From: Promethearchaeota archaeon
GTDB lineage: Archaea; Asgardarchaeota; Lokiarchaeia; Sigyniarchaeales; SOKP01
Assembly (NCBI GenBank): GCA_029838195.1
Contig: JALGVJ010000021.1
Span: 1 to 63,556 of the forward strand
Reading direction: 5' to 3'
DNA: 63,556 bases
A program made the position numbers and the translations under genes. Under the pieces are notes generated by a model. That model searched no databases. It was not told where the DNA came from and saw nothing but the letters and a program-made list of their open reading frames with translations. Below are positions 19,051 to 30,324 of this stretch, in pieces (within the stretch, counting starts at the first letter, position 1; each line of letters begins with the position of its first letter).

Positions 19051-20475
19051 TTAAGAGATGGCAATTTCGGTTTCGGATTCCGAAAGTTCTTTTATGGAAG
19101 CAGTGAATTGTTTTTGTTTTTTGTTAATTCTATTTCGCAGAATTAATCCGATGATGAGAGGTACCATGATGCTTACGGTAAGGGATAAAATGAGGTTCTG
19201 AGGTGAGATCCGCAAGATGCCATAAAGGAACAGCCATAAGAATATGGATGCTCCAATAAATAATCCCGATCTAATGAGTTTTCCTACCGGCACAACGCTT
19301 TTCCAATCCACGTCAATCAATTGTCCTTGGACTAAAACGGCAGCTAATTGTCTCACGGTTTTTTTTGAGAGCTTTTGATTGTTCACTTTTACCTTTTTAC
19401 GCAGTTTTTTTAACCGTTTCTTTTTAATGAGAGTTAAATTAGACAAGACAAGCAAGAATGGCCATATGTTCTCTACCCACGTGGTTAAAGCTGTATCTAG
19501 ATCAATATTGCATTCTTTATTCTTGCATGACCCTTTCTTTTTACTCCATTTCGCTCCACAGGCAGGACATTTTTTCATATCCCACGTTTCTTTGAGTAGG
19601 TCTTTTAATAATGCTTCCTTTTTAGCGAGATCTTCAGCACTTAAAGACACCTTTTCCGATTCTCCCTCTATTTCTCCGCCATCTTGAGCGACAGGTGGTA
19701 CATTCACTTTATCCATGAAAGCTTGTAAGATCTCGTTGCCTTTTACTTTGGCTCTTAAAGGCACGCCTTTTTTAATGGCTTTTGATACTTCTTTTGTCGT
19801 TTTCACGCCTTTCCAGAGATTTTTTAGATCATCGAAAAATTTACCCGTCATGTAAGAGAAGGTAGACACGATGGTAGAAGCGGTCCCAACCGTGGCAACT
19901 GCAGCTCCTGCGGAAATGGCCGTTGTGGCGGCTCCTGAGGCAGAAGTAACAGTGTCCACCAATCCTTCACTCTCAATGTAAATCTCCGTTTCTTCGACAA
20001 ACTCCTTCGGAACAGCTTCTCCATCGAGCGTGTAGCTTAATTTTACTTCCAATTCATGGGTACCTTTAATGTTGTCAATTATTGCATGAAGTTCTTCCGG
20101 AATAGGATAGTCATATTCTAAATGAATGGTGCTCCCAGCATTAAAATGTTGTTCATTTAATTCTTCAATGCGAATAGGCTCATGAATTCCGAATCCCGCC
20201 TCTTTTATCACGAATTCTAAAAAATGAATGGTTAAGCCATTAATTATGTTAATATCTCCTTTAAAATTAATGCTATAATTAGTCTCTTTTGAAATGGGGA
20301 ATTTTCCTTCTCCTGATACGGCTTCATCCAAGCTTACTCCGTTGACTTCCAAGTCTAAAATGATATCGTCGTTCACGTTATATGCTTGGGTATTAGTCAT
20401 GGACTTGCTAATGAAAAGTAAGGTTAAAAACGCGACCAATGTAATCAGGAGCACGTTTTTATTAGATAATTTCAT
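19051..20475 (-). CDS. Hypothetical membrane protein: signal peptide, beta-rich domain, Ala/Thr-rich TM segment, Zn-ribbon, C-terminal TM pair
   Basis: Long ORF; hydrophobic N-terminus; CPAC..W.....CKNKEC; two C-terminal hydrophobic helices. Confidence 0.7.
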   Translation of the reverse strand: MKLSNKNVLLITLVAFLTLLFISKSMTNTQAYNVNDDIILDLEVNGVSLDEAVSGEGKFPISKETNYSINFKGDINIINGLTIHFLEFVIKEAGFGIHEPIRIEELNEQHFNAGSTIHLEYDYPIPEELHAIIDNIKGTHELEVKLSYTLDGEAVPKEFVEETEIYIESEGLVDTVTSASGAATTAISAGAAVATVGTASTIVSTFSYMTGKFFDDLKNLWKGVKTTKEVSKAIKKGVPLRAKVKGNEILQAFMDKVNVPPVAQDGGEIEGESEKVSLSAEDLAKKEALLKDLLKETWDMKKCPACGAKWSKKKGSCKNKECNIDLDTALTTWVENIWPFLLVLSNLTLIKKKRLKKLRKKVKVNNQKLSKKTVRQLAAVLVQGQLIDVDWKSVVPVGKLIRSGLFIGASIFLWLFLYGILRISPQNLILSLTVSIMVPLIIGLILRNRINKKQKQFTASIKELSESETEIAIS

Positions 20476-20851
20476 TGTAAATTTTCCTTGTTTATTTTTA
20501 TTATACAATGATCATTGAATATCTAATGAATTTTCTTTTTAAATTTTTTTACATTTTTCTTAACATTAATGATTTTTAAAAGAACTTTAAAACTTTAAAG
20601 AACCATAAATAGATGGATAAGACAGGAGGATCTTGAGTTTTTTGAATAAATGAGTTAAAAAAAACCAAAGAGAGAGAATATTCAATAGAAGAAATCATTT
20701 GAAATCTATATAATTGAAAGAGAATATCAATAAATAGGAGGCTTAAATTCTATGGAATTTTTATAGTGTAAATCTTTTTATTAATATTAGATCTTATATT
20801 GAATAACAAGGAAATGAAAAAATTAAAAGTGAATTGAGTTAAATACGCTAC

Positions 20852-22468
20852 ATGGGGGATGATAAAATTCTTCCCGAGGAAATATATGAAAAGAGGGAGC
20901 AATTGGGACTAGAGCACTCCATGGATTTATTAGTCGACGTGTTAGAGAATGCTAAAGAATTAGAGGATCGAAAGAAAGCGATCATGTACTTGGGATTAAC
21001 CTCTCAAAATGCAGCAGGTAAGAAGAAAGAATGTCAGGAGATCTTGGAAAGTATTATAATTTCCGAGGAGAATTTAGAGCTTAAATGTGAAGCGGCTCTT
21101 GCTTTAGGAAAATTAGGGCATAAAGAGAGTTTAAAACCTCTTCGGTGGATATTAGAGGATGAGCATGCATCCAAGAGTAATGAATTAATATTGTCTGCAC
21201 TTAAGAGCATTCCCAACATTAGATTTGATGAAAAAGAGATTCAATTATTCATTAATTACCTGGTGCATGCCTACCCTCCCATAAAAGAATTTGTAAAGAA
21301 TCAGCTTCTTGCCCTGACGCCAGATGAGCTCATCAATAATCTCTTAACGGCTTTAAAAAAGGAAGAGTTTTCGGAAAAACAAAAAATAGCCATCGTCAAC
21401 CTGATTGGTTTTGAACTGGCAAGTCTTAATGTCTCTTATGAAGATGCTAGTTTCTTGAAGATAAAATATTCGGACTTGATTAATGCCTTATGCGAGCATG
21501 AAACCCTCCTTTTAGAAACCATCGTGCCAAATTTGAAATTGAATGATGCTGAAATGATGAATAACGTGCTTTCCATTTTGAGATTGTTTGGCAATGAAAT
21601 TCATGACAAGTTGATCGATTTTCTCTCATATGACGATTTCTTGATTAGAAAAAATGCCATCAAGTTGCTTGGAGAATTAGAGGTAGATAAGGCCGTAGAA
21701 CCTTTATTAAACCATCTTGATGATATTTATGATGAAGTGAGCCTTGCTACCATAGACGCGCTAGGTAATATTGGAAATATTTCAGCCGTCTCCCATTTGT
21801 TAAAAGTATTAGATATCGAAGATGTGAATTACGAATACATTGATTTAGATTTCAAATTTTTTATTTTAGATGCCATTAAAAAAATTTACTTGAAAAGTGA
21901 AAAACAAGATTTTGAAATATTATACGCTATTTTAAAAAAAGATAATGATATCTTAAAGGAAAGCGTGGCCTACTTATTAGGCGAAATTGGTAGGGAAGAA
22001 TTTCTAAATCCCTTGTTAGACTTATTAAAAGAAAAAAATTTCGATGTTCGAAAAAATGCGATCATCGCTTTAGGAAAAATTGGCAATAAAAACGCAATAG
22101 AACCCCTTCTTTCCATTATAAACGATAATCGCTCCTACTGGCTCTTGAAAAAAGTAGCCGTGGATGCCATTTTCAATATATTTCTCAAGCACCTCTATAT
22201 TAATGAGGCAAAAAGAATGCATTTTGAAAGGGAATTCATCGCTTGGACAGAAAGATTAATTGATGCTTTAAAACTAGAAGATGATGAAAATTTCAAGGTA
22301 AAACTTGCTATCATAAAATTTCTGGAAGTTTTCGGTGGAAAATCCGCTTTAAATCCCTTACTCAGGGAAATAGATAATTTTTATCGCGTTGTTAGCATTG
22401 CAGCAACAAAAGCTATCAAGAAAATTGAAAAACGATTAGAACTGGAGGGACAATCTAAAAATAATTAA
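20852..22468 (+). CDS. HEAT-repeat (PBS lyase-like) protein
   Basis: Repeated units such as VRKNAIIALGKIGNKNAIEPLL, IRKNAIKLLGEL...AVEPLL, EAALALGKLG. Confidence 0.9.
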   Translation: MGDDKILPEEIYEKREQLGLEHSMDLLVDVLENAKELEDRKKAIMYLGLTSQNAAGKKKECQEILESIIISEENLELKCEAALALGKLGHKESLKPLRWILEDEHASKSNELILSALKSIPNIRFDEKEIQLFINYLVHAYPPIKEFVKNQLLALTPDELINNLLTALKKEEFSEKQKIAIVNLIGFELASLNVSYEDASFLKIKYSDLINALCEHETLLLETIVPNLKLNDAEMMNNVLSILRLFGNEIHDKLIDFLSYDDFLIRKNAIKLLGELEVDKAVEPLLNHLDDIYDEVSLATIDALGNIGNISAVSHLLKVLDIEDVNYEYIDLDFKFFILDAIKKIYLKSEKQDFEILYAILKKDNDILKESVAYLLGEIGREEFLNPLLDLLKEKNFDVRKNAIIALGKIGNKNAIEPLLSIINDNRSYWLLKKVAVDAIFNIFLKHLYINEAKRMHFEREFIAWTERLIDALKLEDDENFKVKLAIIKFLEVFGGKSALNPLLREIDNFYRVVSIAATKAIKKIEKRLELEGQSKNN

Positions 22469-22668
22469 CTTCACGCGTTAAAAAAATTATCCCGCTTTCC
22501 TTGAATCCATCTCATACAATTTCATGAATTCTCTTGATAAATCCTTTTTTGGATTTATAATTCATGAATTTTTGTCCTTTTTACTTTTACTATTATTTAA
22601 TAAGATTTTTTTTATAGCATCCATTTTCTTCCATAGATTTCTTTAACTACATGTTTGAAAATTAAATC

Positions 22669-24147
22669 ATGTCCGATGGAAAAATAGAGAACGAGCAAGC
22701 AGAAACAAAATACAAGTACTCTTTCGAATACATCCAGAAAAAACTCGAAGGAAAAAAAGATAGCTTCGGAAAATTAATGAAAGAAATTATTCGAACAGGA
22801 ATCTGTACGGAATGCGGCACGTGTGCTGCCGTATGTCCAGTTCTTGAATGGGATCCCATAGCTGCTCAACCTAAATTAATTGGTAAATGTACGGGTTGTG
22901 GAATTTGCTATAATCAATGTCCGCGCACGATCACCGACCCCGTTCAATTAATTGGGGAATTTAAAACGGGGTATGTATCAAATACCAACATTCCTGAAGT
23001 GATTGGAGGTCAAGATGGGGGAACGGTGACGAGTTTACTATGTTATTTGTTTGATGAGCATTTAATCGATGCGGCGATTGTCACGATGAAAAATCCTAAA
23101 AAGCCGTGGTATCCTACAGCACAGATCATTACCACGAAAGAAGATGCCATTAAAGCTTCAGGTTCCATTTACACGCACAGTCAAACGGTGGATGCATTAA
23201 TGGAAGCGATTAGGCGGGATTATCGATCGATAGCTTTTGTTGGCACGCCGTGTAATATTAATGCAGTGGATAAAATGATGAACTCGCCGTCCGGGATGCT
23301 TAGATATTTCATGAGAGCTAATATTTTGAAAATTGGGCTATTTTGCATGGATAGTTTTGCTCCTGAATCGCTTTATCCCATGTTTGAAAAAGATGGCATT
23401 GATTTATCGAAAATTGTTAAAATGGACATTAATAAGGGTAAATTCCATCTTTACGAAAATTTAGATGGAGAACCGGTGAAATCCTATTCCATTAGCTCCT
23501 TGCACAAATATAAGAGTTCTTCGTGTAATTTTTGTACGGATTTAACGGCAGAAAATGCGGACATTTCAGTAGGTTCTGTAGGGAGCGGGAATAAAAGGAA
23601 TACCGTATTCGCAAGGACGGGAATTGGAGCAGAAATCATGGAAGATGCTGCAAAAAAGGGATATCTTATCATTGAACCGTATACTGCCATAAATTTAAAT
23701 GCCGTGCTCAATCTTGCCAAGCTTAAAAAAGTTTCCAAATATAACATTCAAAAGAGAAAGGTATTCATCGTTCGAGATGCTGACGAGGAAGAAGAGATGA
23801 AAATAAAATCGGGGCCCGTGTCCGAGCAGACAAAAATTATCATGGACACCCGCACGCCATTTTCCGTTAAGAAAGAATTAAATGAGACGGAGAAGAAATT
23901 AAATCTCAACGTAACAAACACTTCGGGATTTACACTGGAAAATTTACAATTCAGAATTGCCACTATTGACGACATGTTTGAAAGCAATCCGTGGGTTACA
24001 ACAATAAAAGAATTGTTTCCTTACGAGGAGGTAGAAATTAATTATCCCATTGAAAAATTAGAGGGCAGCGTGTTATTTGAGGCGTATTCGAAAGATTTTG
24101 GAAAGATTTATTCAAAATCATTGAAATTTGCTCCTAAGAAAGAATGA
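22669..24147 (+). CDS. FrhB-family F420-binding protein with C-terminal Ig-like extension
   Basis: CTECGTCAAVCP, CTGCGICYNQCP, QDGGTV, VGTPC, GLFCMDSF, CNFCTD, ADISVGSVGS; ~120 aa extra C-terminus. Confidence 0.9.
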   Translation: MSDGKIENEQAETKYKYSFEYIQKKLEGKKDSFGKLMKEIIRTGICTECGTCAAVCPVLEWDPIAAQPKLIGKCTGCGICYNQCPRTITDPVQLIGEFKTGYVSNTNIPEVIGGQDGGTVTSLLCYLFDEHLIDAAIVTMKNPKKPWYPTAQIITTKEDAIKASGSIYTHSQTVDALMEAIRRDYRSIAFVGTPCNINAVDKMMNSPSGMLRYFMRANILKIGLFCMDSFAPESLYPMFEKDGIDLSKIVKMDINKGKFHLYENLDGEPVKSYSISSLHKYKSSSCNFCTDLTAENADISVGSVGSGNKRNTVFARTGIGAEIMEDAAKKGYLIIEPYTAINLNAVLNLAKLKKVSKYNIQKRKVFIVRDADEEEEMKIKSGPVSEQTKIIMDTRTPFSVKKELNETEKKLNLNVTNTSGFTLENLQFRIATIDDMFESNPWVTTIKELFPYEEVEINYPIEKLEGSVLFEAYSKDFGKIYSKSLKFAPKKE

Positions 24148-24344
24148 ATTAGCCATAATTCTTTTTATCTTTTCTTTACTTCTCTGAAGAGGAGAAAGTA
24201 AGATAGATATTTAAAATCATCTTTCTCTTTTCGCAATGCCATGGTTTGATCACGATCATGAGGAGAACGTGGAACTCTTTTTTAGTTTTAAATTTAGCAT
24301 CAAATTAAATTTAGGTTCCATAAAATAATCCGTGCTTGTTTCTC

Positions 24345-25511
24345 TTAAGATTTTTCATATTCCCTAAATTCAATGATAGAGTCAAATAAGGAAACGATAT
24401 TTTCAGGAGGGACTTCTGCTGTAATGTTATGAATATTAGCAGCAATATGTCCGCCATTTGGCTTGAGGCAGTTCATGTTATATCGAACCTCATCCCTTAT
24501 TTGTTCAGGAGTACCGAATGGAAGAATTTGTTGAGTATCGCACGCACCTCCCCAAAATGTTATTAAATGACCGTATAGTTGCTTCAATTTACACGGTTCC
24601 ATGCCACGAGCAGAAACTTGCACGGGATTGAATGCATCATAGCCATTTTCTGCAAAATAAGGAATAAATGGAGAAACGGCTCCACAGCTGTGATAATTGA
24701 TTTTAACAGGGGCTAATTCATGAATCTTTTGCGCGAGGGCTTTTTCATAGGGTTGAATGAGTTTTTCATATATTTTTACATCGATCCAAGGCCCATGTTG
24801 CGTTCCTAAATCTCCATTCACGCACACTACATCCAAATATTCCCCGATTTCGCCGAGGAAAACTTCATTATAGTCAATCCAATATCTCAATAGCTCTTCC
24901 ATGGTTGCTCTAATCAATTCTGGCCGCTTTAGAGTATATCTTATTGCTTTTGTAAAGCCAAACAAAAACGTGCAATTTTCAAAAATGCAGCCAATGGGAG
25001 GAGAAACCAAGGCAAAATCCGTTTTTTCCCGTAATTTTTTTGCTTCCGCACGTAAATTCTTAAAAGGACGTTTATCTTTTCCATTGGGCCAATCATAATC
25101 ATGAATTTCTTGAACACTTTCCACATCTTCAAGAGGATGGATGACGGGATCATAATATAAGATCTCCTCCACGTTTTTATCCGCAAAATTTCCATAGAAA
25201 ATGCCAAATTGGTCATAAATTCCCACGTATTTGCCTTCTTGCTCGGGAACAAAATCTTCTTTTATCATACTCTCAATTGGCCTAATATATCGCGTGTCCA
25301 CTTGGAAGCGTTCTAAAACCTCATTGCATGGCACCACATTTTGCTCTACAAAATCCGCAAATCGAATATTTTTATCTTCTATCTCTAAATATTCTAATAG
25401 TCTTTTATAAGCTTTAATGTGAATGCTTGATTGATCTCCTCCTAAGTCTATCGGTACTTTATCTGGTTCCACATGATTTAAAGCGCTATTTACTTTTTCT
25501 CGTGAATTCAT
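24345..25511 (-). CDS. Uroporphyrinogen decarboxylase-family protein (MtaA/CmuA-like methyltransferase branch)
   Basis: MNSREKV..ALNH.EPDKVPIDLG, DLGTQ.GP, YHSCG, NPVQ, FWGG..DTQ..LPFGTPE, HNI..EVPPEN. Confidence 0.85.
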   Translation of the reverse strand: MNSREKVNSALNHVEPDKVPIDLGGDQSSIHIKAYKRLLEYLEIEDKNIRFADFVEQNVVPCNEVLERFQVDTRYIRPIESMIKEDFVPEQEGKYVGIYDQFGIFYGNFADKNVEEILYYDPVIHPLEDVESVQEIHDYDWPNGKDKRPFKNLRAEAKKLREKTDFALVSPPIGCIFENCTFLFGFTKAIRYTLKRPELIRATMEELLRYWIDYNEVFLGEIGEYLDVVCVNGDLGTQHGPWIDVKIYEKLIQPYEKALAQKIHELAPVKINYHSCGAVSPFIPYFAENGYDAFNPVQVSARGMEPCKLKQLYGHLITFWGGACDTQQILPFGTPEQIRDEVRYNMNCLKPNGGHIAANIHNITAEVPPENIVSLFDSIIEFREYEKS

Positions 25512-25662
25512 TCCTGTACGCCTCTATTATTATTATCATCATTATCAATCATCATTGATCATTCATGCAATCTATTATAAAATTTTATTGAGAAGGCTTC
25601 CATAATGATTACATTTAAGAAATTTAAAAAAAAAAATAATTAAAAAATGAGCCCTTGCTCAT

Positions 25663-27048
25663 TTAAAGTTTAAGCTCTTCGAGTTTCTTCCGTGTTTCCA
25701 CTTTTTTCTCCGGAGTAATATCATATAATTTCCAAAATAAAACCACACCAATAAGCATGAGAATCATGGGAATCAATGCAACTTGAAATCGTAATCCTAA
25801 AATAGCTATTGGAGTTTGAGTAGGAGAGCCCGGTTCAAAACCCGTTGCAATATGGATGATTGCGAACGTGCTCGCTTGGATGATGATAGCAATACGCCCA
25901 AAAAATGTACGAACGCCCATGTAAATGCCTTCCTCTCGTCGACCCAATCGAAGGGCGGCCTCATCCACGCAATCCCCAAGCACGGGAAGCATGAACACCC
26001 AGAAGCCAATTGAGCCGATTGCCCAAAAAGCTACGGATAACATAACCGTTATTACTGTATTCACGAATAAGAAAGGAATAGCTAAAACGGTAAGTAAGGC
26101 TCCTCCGATTACAAACATTTTTTTATTATTATTGACTTTTTGCGATATTTTTGACCACATGGGAATGGACAGCAAGCCCACGACTATATATCCGAGCATT
26201 ATTAACGATTCGGTTTCAGCTTCCTCATTTAATATAAAACGGACGACGTAGGGGACACTTCCGGTCATGAGCAAGACCATGGATTGATATAACGTGAAGA
26301 TACAGAGATATGCAACGAACGATTTTTGTTTTAAAACGGACCTCATTATTTTGAAGAAATTTTCCCGTTCAATTTTAGCATCGACTTCCACGGCTCGTAT
26401 TTTCATGTCTTCGGTTTCTCTTACCCCAAATAGCGTTAAGAGTAGGAAACCAAATCCCATGAACGCCACGACAATGGACATAATAAAAAACGTTGATTTA
26501 TTTCCATAATCTATCAATAATGGGGGGATGGTGGCACCTAAAACCGTGCCCGTTAATCCTAAAGCTACGGCGAAGCTAGACTGTTTAATTCTTTGTTTAT
26601 CCGTTCTGAATTTATCCGGGATGAGAGAATTAAAATTGACGTCGTAGATGGAAAAGAGTGTGTCGTAAAGGCATAGAATGAGGAGTAGATAAAAAAACAA
26701 GGGAAGAGCGTCCGTTATGGGATCGATATTTGGTGTTGCAAAAAACAGAATGAATATAAATGCCCAAGGGAGCCCTCCAGCCAATATCCATAAAAATCGT
26801 TTTCCATATTTTTTCCAAAATCCATGAGGTCTATCTGCAAGGTACCCTACGATGGGGTCGTTAAACATGTTCCATATCGCATATAATATAAGGGCGAGCG
26901 AAATGAGTCCTGTAGCTAGACCAATCTCGTTTTCATAAAAGTCATACACGCGCGTACCGAAGGCAGCTAGTAGGAATTCAATTAAGCATTGGCCAAATCC
27001 TACAGACACATAGGTCATAAGACCATAATCTTTTTTATCTTCCGTCAT
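25663..27048 (-). CDS. MFS transporter, glycoside-pentoside-hexuronide (MelB-like) family
   Basis: WNMFNDPIVGYLADR, GKR, D..DE....GRREEGIYMG; about 12 TM; ATG at 27048 preferred. Confidence 0.9.
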   Translation of the reverse strand: MTEDKKDYGLMTYVSVGFGQCLIEFLLAAFGTRVYDFYENEIGLATGLISLALILYAIWNMFNDPIVGYLADRPHGFWKKYGKRFLWILAGGLPWAFIFILFFATPNIDPITDALPLFFYLLLILCLYDTLFSIYDVNFNSLIPDKFRTDKQRIKQSSFAVALGLTGTVLGATIPPLLIDYGNKSTFFIMSIVVAFMGFGFLLLTLFGVRETEDMKIRAVEVDAKIERENFFKIMRSVLKQKSFVAYLCIFTLYQSMVLLMTGSVPYVVRFILNEEAETESLIMLGYIVVGLLSIPMWSKISQKVNNNKKMFVIGGALLTVLAIPFLFVNTVITVMLSVAFWAIGSIGFWVFMLPVLGDCVDEAALRLGRREEGIYMGVRTFFGRIAIIIQASTFAIIHIATGFEPGSPTQTPIAILGLRFQVALIPMILMLIGVVLFWKLYDITPEKKVETRKKLEELKL

Positions 27049-27417
27049 TTTTTTTTGGTTAAAAGTATTTAATAATAATTTTATTTTTTTGTAATAAATA
27101 GTTTTCATTTTCATGAGAGGGATTTTGAAAATTGAAAAAGATATTCACATCATTCGGATAATCCGTCCCAGTCCATGATGACGCTTAACCGTGCATCATT
27201 TTCATTGAAAATCATAAAGGGTTTATTAAATCCGCTTAATAACTGAACAATTTTTTAATTTTGAACTAATTAATGAAATTTTATTTAAAAGAAGCGTTAT
27301 AAATTGGAAACTTTTGGAGTTTAATTAAATCATTATTCTTATTATTTTAAGAAAATTAAAAAAAAAAGTGGATCTTCTCTTAAGGAGAATTTCATGAATT
27401 CAATTTAGAGCTTCAAT

Positions 27418-29334
27418 TCAGCGAAAATATCTTTTTGAACTTTTCATTTGGTTGTAGATCCATAGGGCTAAATCAATTTCATTCTCGGGATGCCACGCTT
27501 TCCAGGCCGATTTTGGCTCATAATCGACATCCACCATTAAATCCGGAAAAGGTCCGAGATTCTCATCATTCCACCAAATATTGGCGGTGATCACATGTCT
27601 CCCCTTGGAACTGGCATTTCTAGGTAATTTAAATTGAATGGGAAAGGTTTTAAATTCATTAGGAGGGATGGAATAATGTGCTGTTGAGGGAAAAGCTTTC
27701 CAAGAAGGTGGAATGTTTAATTGAAATTCTAAAGTAGCTTCATGATTAGAATAATTTCGCACGATTAAATTGGTAGAAAAAAATTGACCATTTTTAATGA
27801 TGATTCTAATGGGTTTAAAACAAATCCAATTAGGGTCAAATCCGAAATTAGGGTTTTCTTGTGCCACGAGCTCGGCGATGATTGGTTCGTATGCGGCTAC
27901 AAATTTCTTGAACCTTTTTAATAAATTTTTATTTACCTTTATGATCCCATAATGACTAATGGCAAGATATTCAGGATTACATTTTAAAAGAATATCGGCG
28001 CATTTCATGTAGCCGACATTAGGCCCTAATCTGCAAAAATTTAGGCAATTGAGGTTAGTATCGCGATCAACGAAGGATCTTTGGGTGATTGAGTCTCCTG
28101 TGAAAAAAAGGCGTTTGCTATCAATTGTAGTAAACAAACCCATATGATATTCCGTTTGTCCGGGAAAATGAAATATTTGAAATTCAAGATCCTCCCAAGT
28201 GAATTTTTCTCCATCTTTAAGAACACGGTCTACTTTTATGGGTTGATCGGTAAGGCAGCCTAATCTATAATGAGTCGGATTTTCTAAAACATCCACCATA
28301 TTCTCCAAGGCATAAATTTTCGTGTTAAATTCTTTTAGTAACATTTTTATTCCGGCGGTATGGTCATCATGATAATGTGTTGGCAAGATAAAATCGATGT
28401 ATTTAACTTGAAGATCTTGCAGGATTTTTTTAAATTCATTTAATTCATATCCGCTACTTTTATCTCCAGCAAAATCTAATAGGATACAATTATCGTTTTT
28501 TCCCTTGATGAGGATTGGAGGAAATTCTGCTTTGTGATACAAACGAGGAAACACCTTTTCAAGATCAATAGAAGGGATTGCTCTTTCATTTAATTGAGGT
28601 AATTCAACATGAATTCCCGAAAATTCTGAACAAAATAAATAGCGTGCCTTTCTAAATTTCTTTTCCAAAGATTGAATCTCTTTTTCTGGGTTAAAAATAG
28701 GATTTCCATGAGAAGGAAGTAAAATATCGGGTTCATGTGACAATAAGCGTTTAAATGATTTCAAGGAATATTTAATTCCTTCCTCGCCATTATCATTATA
28801 TATGTATTCTAAATCATAATACGTGATTACTTTTGCTCCGGAATGGATTAGATCTCCCGTAAATGCTAATTTTTTCCCATTTATTTCCAAGAGATATGAA
28901 ATAGAACCCGTTGTATGACCGGGAGTTTTTAAAATTTCGAATTTAAGTGAATTCCATTCAAAAACATCTTTATCTTTAAATGCTAAATAAACGGGGATAT
29001 TTTGAGTAGATACAAAAAAGGTTGGTTTAAAATAATAAAGATCATAATATGATTTTGTTTCCCAAAAGTTTGAAGCTTCAGAAAATAGTTTCCTTTCTTT
29101 AGCGGGAACGCCTATTTTAATTCCTTTTTCCCTTGCTAAATTATCACCATAACACTGGTCGCGATGATAATGCGTGTGAAGAATATAGTCAACTTTCTTG
29201 ATATGGAGGTCAGAGAGAATATTTAATACTTTTCCCGAACCAAAATCAATAAGGAGAGCAGAATCCTCATTTTTAATTACATGTACATTAACCGCGTCTT
29301 TATAAATGTAAACATTTTTCATTAAATTAAACAT
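27418..29334 (-). CDS. Tandem metallo-beta-lactamase-fold hydrolase with C-terminal Ig-like domain
   Basis: THYHRD...TPGHT..GD..PSHG and a second THYHDDH...FPGQT..GD. Confidence 0.85.
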   Translation of the reverse strand: MFNLMKNVYIYKDAVNVHVIKNEDSALLIDFGSGKVLNILSDLHIKKVDYILHTHYHRDQCYGDNLAREKGIKIGVPAKERKLFSEASNFWETKSYYDLYYFKPTFFVSTQNIPVYLAFKDKDVFEWNSLKFEILKTPGHTTGSISYLLEINGKKLAFTGDLIHSGAKVITYYDLEYIYNDNGEEGIKYSLKSFKRLLSHEPDILLPSHGNPIFNPEKEIQSLEKKFRKARYLFCSEFSGIHVELPQLNERAIPSIDLEKVFPRLYHKAEFPPILIKGKNDNCILLDFAGDKSSGYELNEFKKILQDLQVKYIDFILPTHYHDDHTAGIKMLLKEFNTKIYALENMVDVLENPTHYRLGCLTDQPIKVDRVLKDGEKFTWEDLEFQIFHFPGQTEYHMGLFTTIDSKRLFFTGDSITQRSFVDRDTNLNCLNFCRLGPNVGYMKCADILLKCNPEYLAISHYGIIKVNKNLLKRFKKFVAAYEPIIAELVAQENPNFGFDPNWICFKPIRIIIKNGQFFSTNLIVRNYSNHEATLEFQLNIPPSWKAFPSTAHYSIPPNEFKTFPIQFKLPRNASSKGRHVITANIWWNDENLGPFPDLMVDVDYEPKSAWKAWHPENEIDLALWIYNQMKSSKRYFR

Positions 29335-29409
29335 TTGTATTTACGTGCTCATGTTTTGTTATTCTTTAGAATACAAATAATTAGGCTAATTATTTGTAAT
29401 CAAAAAAGG

Positions 29410-30324
29410 TTAATCTTTAAGTAATAAATCTGAATAATATTCTACTAATAGTTTAATGACTAATTCTCCTAGTTCTTTAACGGGTTTAACCCTTCCTTCA
29501 TCTAATTTTCTCAATGCACGCAAGCAATTCCATAAACCATGAGAATCTTCTTTCTCCGTGCCAATGGCTTCCACGTATTTTCCGCCTGCTAATAGAAAGC
29601 CTCCCAATCCTCCGAGAGGGGGCCATGTTTCTAAAGCACCTTCAAAATCTTTTTCTAACTTTTCATTCATGATCTTTAATTTTTCCTCGTCTAAGACTCC
29701 TAGTGCTGCTCCCGTCGAGTGTTCAAAATGCCCAGCATGACCACTTCCTGTAAGAATGCTTACCAACTGCCTTTTAATTTTATTTGGTCTCTCTCCTTCT
29801 TTCGCTAATTTCTTGGCTAATTCGTCTAATTCTTGTAAGATGCGTTCCATATTTTCTTCTGCCAAATCTTCAGAAGGACCGATAATTAACTTATCCAAAT
29901 TAAGAGCAGAACGTAACTCCTCTGCATGTTTTGCTAAAGGGTCATTACCTCCGTGTCCCGAAATGATAAACACTCTTGAAGCAGGCAACCCCATTTCCTT
30001 GTAAATATCAATGTGATATTTTAAAAATTTTTTTAATTTTTCGACCAGTTCTTCTACAGGAATGATCCGAGGTGCCCAATCTATTGCAACTGAAACAAAA
30101 TTATCCGTCGCCCAAGGAATGTGAGCACAATATCTGGAACCTGTTTTGCAAGAAATGAGATGTGCAACCCTTTGAGAGAATAAATCATCAATATTGCGGG
30201 GTAATGCATATCCGTGTCCTTCTTCCGGATTTCCTATTGAAAAAATAAGCCACTTTCCTTCGTTTCGCCCAAATGGACCCCAATCATCCATTTTTCCCTT
30301 TAAAGAAATATTTTTTTGAGTCAT
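29410..30324 (-). CDS. Creatininase-family amidohydrolase (possibly ArfB-like deformylase)
   Basis: EGHGYALP..IDD, SGHGGN, GHAGHFEHS metal-binding motifs. Confidence 0.7.
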   Translation of the reverse strand: MTQKNISLKGKMDDWGPFGRNEGKWLIFSIGNPEEGHGYALPRNIDDLFSQRVAHLISCKTGSRYCAHIPWATDNFVSVAIDWAPRIIPVEELVEKLKKFLKYHIDIYKEMGLPASRVFIISGHGGNDPLAKHAEELRSALNLDKLIIGPSEDLAEENMERILQELDELAKKLAKEGERPNKIKRQLVSILTGSGHAGHFEHSTGAALGVLDEEKLKIMNEKLEKDFEGALETWPPLGGLGGFLLAGGKYVEAIGTEKEDSHGLWNCLRALRKLDEGRVKPVKELGELVIKLLVEYYSDLLLKD

